Assembly (NCBI GenBank): GCA_965200955.1
Contig: OZ241742.1
Span: forward strand, 2,311,072-2,375,071
Origin: Rhodothermales bacterium
GTDB lineage: Bacteria > Bacteroidota > Rhodothermia > Rhodothermales > Bin80
Direction: 5' to 3'
DNA: 64,000 nucleotides
This document shows, in pieces, positions 47,159 to 55,566 of this stretch. Position numbers and translations under genes: made by a program. A model generated the notes under the pieces. It was not told where the DNA came from, ran no database searches, and worked only from the letters and a program-made list of their open reading frames with translations. The first letter of the stretch is position 1. Every line of letters starts with the position of its first letter.

Positions 47159-47597
47159 TTGGGTTTCAGTGTCAAATATTACCTGATCAACTTGAAAATA
47201 GCGATTTCTATTGGACTATTGGAAAAACATCCTTTTGAGGTAATTTTTGGGTTTCCATATCCCACTCATCCATTTTGGGGATTAAAGGCATTTCTTCCCG
47301 ATGCTAAGCACTTGAAAGTTATGAGGGTTGAAGATCGGGGTAGTAAAGTTTTCCTTGAAGATGATTCTGTATGGGACATTTATTTCTTGACTTGGGTAAG
47401 ACTTCCAATTGGATTCCACAGAAAACGAAAGTCGTCATTCGTAAGGGAGATGGCCAGTCCTCGCTCCATGATACTCTCCTATACGAAGTGTATTATGAAG
47501 GTAGTGTTGTAAATGCACGGAGAATTGAATTGGAAGACCAATGATCAAGTGAAGAGCATATACTTTGAAAATAGTATTTGCTGTCGTTGGACTTAGA
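47159..47597 (+). pseudogene. Decayed tandem duplicate of the small-ORF/FRG module (small gene with lost ATG and frameshift, plus 27-codon FRG 5' stub)
   Basis: 47218-47595 aligns with 47849-48230. ATG is replaced by ATT with a 1-nt insertion, there is a 1-nt deletion after ..GACATTTATTTCT, and the FRG-like stub MHGELNWKTNDQVKSIYFENSICCRWT stops at 47593-47595. A further short fragment of the same junction lies at 47161-47217. Confidence 0.75.
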
Positions 47598-47848
47598 CAA
47601 GAGTGATCATCAATGATTACTTAAAATATGAGATCATCAAAATTAGTCAATAAAAATCTTGCCCATCATGGGTGTATTTCTAAGCTACGTTCTGAACTTG
47701 TATCCCTTGTTGATGGATTAATTTATATTACTCGTATAACCAATAACCTGAAGATCTCGTGTAAAAATGAAACTACTAACAAATTCTGCAGTTATAGTTT
47801 TCCGTACAGTCATCTTGTCAATTTTATCACAATCATTTTACAAGACGA

Positions 47849-48175
47849 ATGGAGAAGGATCCTTTTGAGGTAATTTTTGGATTTCCTTATCCCACTCATC
47901 CATTTTGGGGACATAAGGCATTTCTTCCCGGTGCTAAGCACTTGCGAGTCATGAAGATTGAACAGCGGGGGCATACAGTTTTCCTTGAAGATGGTTCTGT
48001 ATGGGACATTTATTTCTTTGATTCTGCTAAACCCACAAGATGGATTCCAGAGAAGACGAAAGTTGTCGTTCGAGATGGGGATGGTAGATCCTCATACTAT
48101 GATACTCTTTTAGAAGAAGCAGATTATGACGGTAGTGTTGTAAATGCGAGGAGAATTGAATGGAAAGACGAATGA
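47849..48175 (+). CDS. Hypothetical 108-aa protein, overlaps the FRG gene
   Basis: MEKDPFEVIFGFPYPTHPFWGHKAFLPGAKHLRVMKIEQRGHTVFLEDGSVWDIYFF... I recognise no family. Its coding status is supported by conservation of the reading frame in the decayed duplicate and by the 32-nt overlap with the next gene. Confidence 0.6.
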   Translation: MEKDPFEVIFGFPYPTHPFWGHKAFLPGAKHLRVMKIEQRGHTVFLEDGSVWDIYFFDSAKPTRWIPEKTKVVVRDGDGRSSYYDTLLEEADYDGSVVNARRIEWKDE

Positions 48176-49037
48176 TCAATTGAAGAACATTCATTTTGAA
48201 AATAGCGATTTGCTATGGGATTATCTCATCAATATGCAAAGACGAGAAAATCGATTTAAAGAGTTAATTTATCGAGGTCATGCTGATGCAGAATGGCTAC
48301 TTATACCAACAATTTACCGATTCAAATATACTAGTGGCTTGAATTTTCCCAAGTATACGACTCAGATAGCTGAACAACAACTAAAGGATGAGTTTTATTT
48401 ATTGAAACATTTCATCTATGGATGTGATGAAGTGGGTGTTTCTGTCCCTAATGACTCTATTGAATTTAGAAATCGTAATCTATCAGATATAAAAATTCAG
48501 GAGTATTGTAGACAGCCTTCCACATGGCCCAGTGATGAATTAATTGAACCCATGGTCATGGCAAGGTTACATGGGCTTCCCACTAGACTCTTGGATTGGT
48601 CAAGAAATCCTTTTGTTGCAGTTTACTTTGCTGTGACTGATGCTCTTAGAATGCAAAATAGATGGCTTTCTGGGCAGAAAATTGCTATTTTCGTGTTGTC
48701 AATAGACAAAGAATTTCGAGATTCAAATAATCAATTTAGAATACTTCATGTGCGTGGATCTATTTCTACAAATGTAGTTGCACAGCAGGGTTTATTCACC
48801 CTAAACCCCATTATTGAGGATAGAAAAGAACCTATGGTCATCAAAAGTTTTGAGGACTTCTTAAACGATCAATCATCCCTTGTCAAACTAACAATACCAA
48901 TTGAAGAATCTCTTAATCTGTTCTACCTTTGCAATAAATTTAACTGCAATGCTGCAAGGCTTTTTCCCAATGCTGATGGAGCATGTATGTACTCAATTGA
49001 TCAGTATCTTTCTATGGAGGCATATAGAGTTAGTTGA
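48144..49037 (+). CDS. FRG-domain protein
   Basis: FRG-family hallmarks: LIYRGHADAEWLLIPTIYR, RLHGLPTRLLDWSRNPFVAVYFA, VVAQQGLFT. Confidence 0.75.
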   Translation: MRGELNGKTNDQLKNIHFENSDLLWDYLINMQRRENRFKELIYRGHADAEWLLIPTIYRFKYTSGLNFPKYTTQIAEQQLKDEFYLLKHFIYGCDEVGVSVPNDSIEFRNRNLSDIKIQEYCRQPSTWPSDELIEPMVMARLHGLPTRLLDWSRNPFVAVYFAVTDALRMQNRWLSGQKIAIFVLSIDKEFRDSNNQFRILHVRGSISTNVVAQQGLFTLNPIIEDRKEPMVIKSFEDFLNDQSSLVKLTIPIEESLNLFYLCNKFNCNAARLFPNADGACMYSIDQYLSMEAYRVS

Positions 49038-49153
49038 ATCAGTTATTTTGATTCGTCAGAATTTATCTTATTCTCAACAGAGAATTGCCATCTTTATATT
49101 GAATTTTGTCATTTTGATCAACAGAATCGTTCCAAAATATATCGGCAACTATG

Positions 49154-49246
49154 GAGGCTTTTGGGAAACCTCTGGTTTATAATAGAATTATTGCCTTAGA
49201 GTACTTTTGAGCATTTTAACAGTTAACCAAGAGGTTTAGAATATCC
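49154..49246 (+). repeat. MITE-like ~95-nt element, copy 6 (diverged)
   Basis: Left end GAGGCTTTTGGGAAACCTCTGG, right end AAGAGGTTTAGAATATCC. The interior aligns with copies 4 and 5 (..GAATTATTGCCTTAGAG..GAGCATTTT..). Confidence 0.6.
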
Positions 49247-49528
49247 ACTGTAAAGATAAATGAAGCGTTATGATCAAGTCTGTTTTGAACGGTTCATTCA
49301 TATGGTTTACTCAGAGTATACATACAGAAACTGTTCATTTCAAATGAGATGTTTCCAATTTGATCTACGAATATCAATCATGAGTCTCGGTAATTGTCTT
49401 ACTTGAAACTGACTCAATCAGGTAGTTTACAAATTCTTCATGTTTTTAAGTCCGCCCATATGTGATCTTCAATCTTACACACTCTGTCCATGTTTCCAGA
49501 ATTTAATGGTCATCTTGATCATAAGTAG

Positions 49529-50773
49529 ATGAGTTACGATATCACATCAACAGTAGGAATCTGTTTGGATACCAGCTGGATGGCCGTCCACTCCCTATTG
49601 AACAACATTCAGATAGGAGTTTCAGTCTGCATGATGAGTACTCGTTGGCCTGAATCCAATGTTGATCGGTCGTTGGATGCATTAGGGATTCAGCAAGTGA
49701 TCACTTATAGAAAAGATTTAAAGACTCGTACTGTTGAGCCGAACGTAATGGAAACCAACAAAATAGATCATTACGATCTATCAAAAGTCTCAAATCAAGT
49801 AGGGACAATGATCTTTACATCTGGTTCAAGTGCTCAGCCAAAAGCCGTATTCCATTCCATTCGACATCATCTATATAGTGCACATAGAGTCGCAGAAGAA
49901 TTGAAACTAGGCCCACAAGATCGGTGGCTACTCAGTCTTCCTCTATGGCATGTTTCGGGCACTAGTATTGTATTCAGGTGTCTGATCGCTGGTGCAGAAG
50001 TAGTCATCCCTGATTCTCATATGCCACTTCTTGAATCACTCTCCCAATATAAAATCACGCATGTCTCGTTGGTTTCTACCCAACTGTTACAGGTCATGGA
50101 TACATCTCCTCCCGACTGTTTACGCGTTGCTATCGTGGGAGGAGGACCAATTTCACATCAAATGATTGATACAGCAAGATATCATGGATGGCCGATTCTA
50201 ACCACCTACGGCATGACGGAAACCAGTTCAATGGTGACACTCAGCGACGAACAATCAGATCCGAGCTCCTCTGGGAGAGTACTCCAAGGTCATGAACTGA
50301 TGATTGCATCCGATCAGGAAATTCTCGTTCGCAGTCCATCGGTATGTTCTGGTTATCTCTCTGAAAATCGATTGAAAAGCGTCGTAGATGAATACGGATG
50401 GTATCATTCAGGAGATTTAGGAGAAATGGACCAGTCAGGAAACCTTTATGTTCTCGGACGAAAAGATTACATGTTTATTTCGGGTGGAGAGAATATCAGC
50501 CCAGAAGAAATTCAGTCATGGATCAACAACTATCCAGATGTCTTGGAATCCATCGTAATTCCAATACCAGATCCTATATTTGGACACCGTCCTGTAGCAT
50601 TTATTCGTGGACTTGTATCTATGGAATCTATTTCTGAGTATCTAGCTAAACATCTGCCAAAATTTAAAGTACCTACTTTGTATCCATGGCCAGAAAATGT
50701 CATCTCACACCATGGCAAATATGATCGCGAAAGCCTCATCCAATTAGCCAATGATCTTCAAGAAAAAAGTTGA
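49529..50773 (+). CDS. menE: AMP-dependent ligase, o-succinylbenzoate-CoA ligase (MenE)-like
   Basis: AMP-binding motifs MIFTSGSSAQPKAV, TTYGMTETSS, and WYHSGDLGEMDQSGNLYVLGRKDYMFISGGENISPEEI. No other men genes are in the window, so the substrate assignment is tentative. Confidence 0.7.
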   Translation: MSYDITSTVGICLDTSWMAVHSLLNNIQIGVSVCMMSTRWPESNVDRSLDALGIQQVITYRKDLKTRTVEPNVMETNKIDHYDLSKVSNQVGTMIFTSGSSAQPKAVFHSIRHHLYSAHRVAEELKLGPQDRWLLSLPLWHVSGTSIVFRCLIAGAEVVIPDSHMPLLESLSQYKITHVSLVSTQLLQVMDTSPPDCLRVAIVGGGPISHQMIDTARYHGWPILTTYGMTETSSMVTLSDEQSDPSSSGRVLQGHELMIASDQEILVRSPSVCSGYLSENRLKSVVDEYGWYHSGDLGEMDQSGNLYVLGRKDYMFISGGENISPEEIQSWINNYPDVLESIVIPIPDPIFGHRPVAFIRGLVSMESISEYLAKHLPKFKVPTLYPWPENVISHHGKYDRESLIQLANDLQEKS

Positions 50774-50888
50774 TAGGCGTATGAGAGCATCTCAAATGGA
50801 CTACGTTACCATTAAAGTGCGAACCATGACATCAGTCACTATCTCAGTTTTTAGGATTGTAAATCCCATAAGCACGACCAGTACTTCG

Positions 50889-53039
50889 TCAAGACTGGCC
50901 AAACTGTGCACTGAACGGGCACTGGGGTGGTGGATCTATTGAGAGGTCTTGGTGTGAAGATAGTGGTTTACCTTTGTAGGTTGCAACTACCCTGCGCGAC
51001 AGCGCGATCTTGAATTTTTTTGAAGCAATTGGCACACCATCAAAGATCAATTTCAGGTTGTAGTTTGGAGGATCCATGGATAGATGACGGGAATGGAGAA
51101 TCATTGCTAAACAGAAGATCAAATGAATATCCGCAATGCTACTACCCAAGCAACGATGGGTACCAAAGCCATAAGGCATGTAGACCCCAAGCTGACGATG
51201 TTCCATCCGATCAGGGAGATATCGATCAATGTCAAACGTCTCTGGGTTCGGGAAAAATTCTTTGCAATAATGGGGTACACAAAATGGAATCAGAAGTGGT
51301 GTTCCTGCCTTAATCGTGTAACCACCAAAGTCAAACGTATTAATGGCCGTTCGAAATACGGAGTTAAAAGGATTATACAAGCGGAGAGTTTCCATGATTA
51401 AGCGGGGGATGACATCCAACTTGCCCAATGTTTGCGGAATTAATTCATCAGGATGTAGAAATAGGTCATCCGCCTCTTTTTGGGCCTCTTTCAGGGTTTC
51501 GGGATGCTTCAGCAGTAGATATAGTGCAGATGTTGCAGTGCTGGCGGTTGTATGCATTCCAGCGAAAATTGGCCCCAAACTGGAAATTCTGACTTCCTGC
51601 TCTGGCATAAACTGAGGCGATTTTCGATGAAATTCCAACAGGGCTTTCAGAACACGACTTTTACGATCATCCTCAGAGGTTTGCAGGTTATGATCTACGG
51701 CTGACGAAAAAATACTGAAAAACCCTCTTTTTGCCTTCTGAAGCTTTTTATTTTTTAAGACATAATTATTGAATAGATCTGGAATGAATTGAAGAATGGT
51801 CATCGAGACCAACCGACGCATGAAAAAATCCAGATCATCAACTTGTTGTGTCGTTGGAGTGTATCCATTGCAGGCAAGTGCAATGGATTTGGCCGTAAGT
51901 TGAGTGAACATATGACCGACACTATGGGTGCCTGTGGTGGGGACTTCGTCCTGAATCACATTTTGAATCTCAGGGAGTACAGCCAGATATTCCTTCGCAG
52001 AAAACCCTGGAGACAATCCTTTTCTGAGTTTGAGATGATCCTCCCCATCCATGGATAGAAGAAGTCTTGGTGTATCCATTGCTACTGCGAATGAACCATA
52101 GGCATCGTGACTCCGAAATAAAGACCGTCCTCTTTTTTGGCAAAAAAGATTTGCTTCGGGGCCTGCAAGAACGACAAGTTCATTACGAAAATCACGAATG
52201 CGGAAAACAGGCCCCAGAGAATTATAAAATTTTGCAAGTGGAACGGTAGGGACGGGTCGGATGATGTGGGAGTGTCCAACCAATGGTAATGCTCCAGGAG
52301 CGAGCGGAGGTCTTGAGGTTGTTGTAGAGGTTAGATTACAATAAATCCTCTGGAGAGTGTCCCTCCCTTCATGAATTTTGCGAGATTCAGATATAGATGT
52401 TCTAATGGATCGTCCAATAGAATCCATTTGAGTAATTAGCTGAATCCGATCTGCTCTCTCATTGGAAAGAGATCTTGTGAAGATATGATCCTTAATCCCG
52501 GTTGCTTCAACCAAACCAATCAGCATGACCTCTCTGGGAGACGGTATCTCATCTGTCATTACGATGTTGGTGATTCTTAATAGAGCATCAAGTCCATTGG
52601 GAAGGGGGATGTTAGGGTATCGCCCTGTTAATTCTACATGGTCATCCAAGCTGATGAGTCCACCAGGATCCCGGTGAAAAATGCCCCTCGCAATGAGCCG
52701 ATCGAGTGAATGACGTCGAATGTGATTAATGATTTCCACCGAAGAGAAGTGCTTGACCCATTGGTCAATGGTAGATTTATTGGATTGTTGTTGATCAATG
52801 ATGTTCAAACAATAGTCCAGAATTTCATCGCCCGTTGGACTTGAGTCCATGAGGATGAGATCGCTCAGTGTGGTGTCAATTCGTTGAGCATTGGCAAGAT
52901 CCATGAGGACTGCACCTGCGAACGCACACCGTAGATCAAGATCAGTTGTATCGACTATGCCTCCATGGTGCCGATCAATGAGTAAAATATGTAACTCTTC
53001 AGTCAACAAGAGATCATCAGAAGACTTGATAGCAGACAT
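50889..53039 (-). CDS. Fusion protein: N-terminal GPP34/GOLPH3-like domain plus C-terminal cytochrome P450
   Basis: 716 aa from ATG 53039. The N-terminal ~215 aa carry LLLTEELHILLIDRHHGGIV..LRCAFAGAVLMDLANAQRI (GPP34 pattern). The C-terminal half has I-helix FAGMHTTAST, ExxR METLRL, and the heme-Cys loop YGFGTHRCLGSSIA. Confidence 0.8.
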   Translation of the reverse strand: MSAIKSSDDLLLTEELHILLIDRHHGGIVDTTDLDLRCAFAGAVLMDLANAQRIDTTLSDLILMDSSPTGDEILDYCLNIIDQQQSNKSTIDQWVKHFSSVEIINHIRRHSLDRLIARGIFHRDPGGLISLDDHVELTGRYPNIPLPNGLDALLRITNIVMTDEIPSPREVMLIGLVEATGIKDHIFTRSLSNERADRIQLITQMDSIGRSIRTSISESRKIHEGRDTLQRIYCNLTSTTTSRPPLAPGALPLVGHSHIIRPVPTVPLAKFYNSLGPVFRIRDFRNELVVLAGPEANLFCQKRGRSLFRSHDAYGSFAVAMDTPRLLLSMDGEDHLKLRKGLSPGFSAKEYLAVLPEIQNVIQDEVPTTGTHSVGHMFTQLTAKSIALACNGYTPTTQQVDDLDFFMRRLVSMTILQFIPDLFNNYVLKNKKLQKAKRGFFSIFSSAVDHNLQTSEDDRKSRVLKALLEFHRKSPQFMPEQEVRISSLGPIFAGMHTTASTATSALYLLLKHPETLKEAQKEADDLFLHPDELIPQTLGKLDVIPRLIMETLRLYNPFNSVFRTAINTFDFGGYTIKAGTPLLIPFCVPHYCKEFFPNPETFDIDRYLPDRMEHRQLGVYMPYGFGTHRCLGSSIADIHLIFCLAMILHSRHLSMDPPNYNLKLIFDGVPIASKKFKIALSRRVVATYKGKPLSSHQDLSIDPPPQCPFSAQFGQS

Positions 53040-53607
53040 GGATAAGGTGAGGAGAATGAAAAGACGGTCTACGCAAGAGAACCGCAACCGATGAATAATA
53101 GTAGGAGCGTGCTATATCCAGCAAGCTCATCAATGCGGAGATCACATCTTGGAGAACATGCAATGTTATAGCTACAGCTACATGCCAATAAAGATTGAAC
53201 AAAATATGAAGAAGAATGATCTATCATAGCCATAGGGTTTTGAGTTGATTAATCATTCCAATAGAGTTTAATAGTTATAGATTACCGGTGACGTATCCCG
53301 ATTGAGACGAAAAACTCTTGTCATCATTGGAGTTAGAAGTAATGATGGTGAAAAGTTTTGTTCAGTCTATGTTGAAAGATATTCTCATTTGTCAGGTAAG
53401 ATGGTTTTAAGAAGGCTTTCATCTTCTTTTGATGAACAGACTGATCAACAAAAGGATATAAATCGTTTGATATCCAATCAAAAGTTTTTGATTGGATCCG
53501 CCCATCACAGATAAAGCACTCTTCATCTGATGAAACAGAAAACAATCATTGCCGTGAAAGAAATAATCTTTTCACCTGTCTGACCAATCTCATTCCAGTC
53601 AACCCAC

Positions 53608-54072
53608 ATGGACTCATTACCCCCTAAGGTGGCTCTTATCCAGAAAACTCTGCATACATTGGGAGTAGATTTTGAAGTGAGACAGCTGGATCAATCTACG
53701 CGTACTGCAAAAGAAGCATCCGAAGCATTGGGATGTACGATTGACCAGATTGTAAAATCCTTGGTATTTTGTGCTGGGCAAGCCCCCATTCTTGTTTTGG
53801 TGAGCGGCAGTCATCGGGTCAACGAAACGCTCTTGTCACAAAGGATCGGCCGTTCCGTGACCCCGGCTAGTGCTGATTTTGTGCGTCAGCATACTGGATT
53901 TAGTATAGGCGGAGTGGCTCCCTTAGGCCATCCAACTCCGATTCCTACGTATGTGGACGAAGGCTTGATGAAGTATGAACAGGTATGGGCAGCTGCTGGA
54001 GGTCCCTTTGCTGTTTTTGGATGTACTCCCGCATTCCTGTGCACCTTGGGACAAGTGGTAAAAGTCACTTAG
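53608..54072 (+). CDS. YbaK/ProX-type aminoacyl-tRNA editing (deacylase) domain protein
   Basis: 154 aa with IVKSLVFCAGQAPILVLVSGSHRVN and SIGGVAPLGH patterns typical of YbaK/EbsC. Confidence 0.75.
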   Translation: MDSLPPKVALIQKTLHTLGVDFEVRQLDQSTRTAKEASEALGCTIDQIVKSLVFCAGQAPILVLVSGSHRVNETLLSQRIGRSVTPASADFVRQHTGFSIGGVAPLGHPTPIPTYVDEGLMKYEQVWAAAGGPFAVFGCTPAFLCTLGQVVKVT

Positions 54073-54824
54073 GTTGGGTTAAGTTCCATGATCACCCTTA
54101 GCCCATCTAAAACGAGATGACGGAGAGTCTCATGACGGGGTAATTGACTGGTGAGTAGTGGTGCCCACCCACCCGTCAGGATAATGTCAGTGGGTTCTTC
54201 ATACGTCTGTTTTATGCGTCTCACGACTCCGTTGACTCCATCAATCATGCCGTAGATCAGACCATGCTGGAGCGCAGTGATTGTGGAAAGTCCAATCGTT
54301 CCATGTGGTAGCTGCAAATCGACTTCGGGCAAATTGGATGTATGATTGGACAGAGCATGACCAGACAGTTTTGGTCCCGGCATGATGACCCCACCAATAA
54401 AGGTTCCATCTCTACTGACAAGATCCACCGTAATCGCGGAACCAGCATCAATAACAATCATGGCTTTTTTGCTAGATGACCATGCTCCACTTGCAGCTGC
54501 AATACGATCAAGACCTAAACTTTCAATGGGGTCGTAACTGATGCGTATCGGCAAGAACGAATCACTCGTGAGTTCAAAGATTGGAACGTCTGTGAACAAT
54601 TGAATGTCTGCAATCATACGATGAGTACGTTCAGGAACCACACTACATAGACCAATTCTGTCAAACGGTGTCTTTGAGTTCCATGCAGAGATTCGTTCAA
54701 GGACATCATTCATGGATGGAGTGAAGAAGCGTTTCTGAAGCTCGTTTCCAAAATAAAGTCCAATTTTGATGGTGCTGTTACCAATGTCAATGGTCAGCCA
54801 CACGGAGTGAGAGGTTGCCGGCAT
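54069..54824 (-). CDS. coaX: Type III pantothenate kinase
   Basis: WLTIDIGNSTIKIGLY and IVIDAGSAITVD motifs; 251 aa. Confidence 0.9.
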   Translation of the reverse strand: MPATSHSVWLTIDIGNSTIKIGLYFGNELQKRFFTPSMNDVLERISAWNSKTPFDRIGLCSVVPERTHRMIADIQLFTDVPIFELTSDSFLPIRISYDPIESLGLDRIAAASGAWSSSKKAMIVIDAGSAITVDLVSRDGTFIGGVIMPGPKLSGHALSNHTSNLPEVDLQLPHGTIGLSTITALQHGLIYGMIDGVNGVVRRIKQTYEEPTDIILTGGWAPLLTSQLPRHETLRHLVLDGLRVIMELNPT

Positions 54825-55566
54825 AAATAATTTGTGGTCCAGAGGTTGTATGTATCGTTAGAGCACCTGAATCGTCAATTCCAGTCAGTATACCCTCTAC
54901 AGGATGATTCATTCCATCAATCGTACAGTTCTGTCCAATCCAAACGAGTTTTTCAGTATACAACTGGCGAATCATCCAAGGTGAATGCCTCAGTAGATCA
55001 AGAGTTTTTTCAAGGTGTAAGAGTACGGATGCCATCAAAGATGCCCGGTCCATCTGCTGACCAGTCGATAATAGAATGGATGTAGCAAGGGACTCCAAAT
55101 CTTTTGGAAAGTCGGTCTGATTCACATTCACTCCAATTCCCAAGATGATCTGATCCGTGGGTGGGCTCATGACTTGGAGTAAGATACCAGAGATCTTTTG
55201 GTCATTCAGTAGAATATCATTGGGCCATTTGAACTGGAGTGCATGTGGACAAACGGCCGCTTCAATGGCATCAGCAACTCCCAAACAAGTAGCAAGAGGG
55301 AGCAGTCCGATATTTTGATCTTCACACGGCTTGTCAATAATGATGCTGAAGGTCAAGTTCAATCCTGCATCTGAAATCCATGTTCTTCCTCGACGACCAT
55401 ATCCTTCGGTTTGATCATCTGCTATGAATACAGTCCCATGTTCAGCACCATTCTGTACGGCCTCTAGGGCTAAATGGTTGGTTGAAGACACCTGCTTCTG
55501 GTAGTAAAGTGGGTATCCAAGGGCCTTGGTCGTCAACTGAGCACTAACCTGATGATCGAAGGGCAT
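54787..55566 (-). CDS. birA: Biotin-[acetyl-CoA-carboxylase] ligase (class I, no HTH)
   Basis: GYGRRGRTWISD (the GRGRxGRxW motif) and KWPNDILLNDQKISGILL. The start is uncertain: ATG 55566 or 55584. Confidence 0.88.
   Translation of the reverse strand: MPFDHQVSAQLTTKALGYPLYYQKQVSSTNHLALEAVQNGAEHGTVFIADDQTEGYGRRGRTWISDAGLNLTFSIIIDKPCEDQNIGLLPLATCLGVADAIEAAVCPHALQFKWPNDILLNDQKISGILLQVMSPPTDQIILGIGVNVNQTDFPKDLESLATSILLSTGQQMDRASLMASVLLHLEKTLDLLRHSPWMIRQLYTEKLVWIGQNCTIDGMNHPVEGILTGIDDSGALTIHTTSGPQIIYAGNLSLRVADH

Noticed and set aside
47628-47873. 81-aa plus-strand ORF between the decayed and intact copies of the small-ORF/FRG module
   Set aside because: Its translation is low-complexity and AT-rich, it runs out of frame into the start of the intact small gene, and it has no counterpart in the duplicate.
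49413-49531. Possible frameshifted N-terminal extension of the menE-like gene (LNQVVYKFFMFLSPPICDLQSYTLCPCFQNLMVILIISR in the +1 frame)
   Set aside because: The resemblance to the N-terminal region of MenE is weak, and short MenE forms of ~400 aa exist. I kept the ATG at 49529.
53302-53545. Pair of fully overlapping antisense 70-aa ORFs upstream of the P450 fusion (53302..53514 plus strand, 53333..53545 minus strand)
   Set aside because: The minus-strand one starts only at a TTG directly after a stop, and the plus-strand one has no features. They are mutually exclusive, and neither shows a recognisable domain. They could be relics of a decayed gene.
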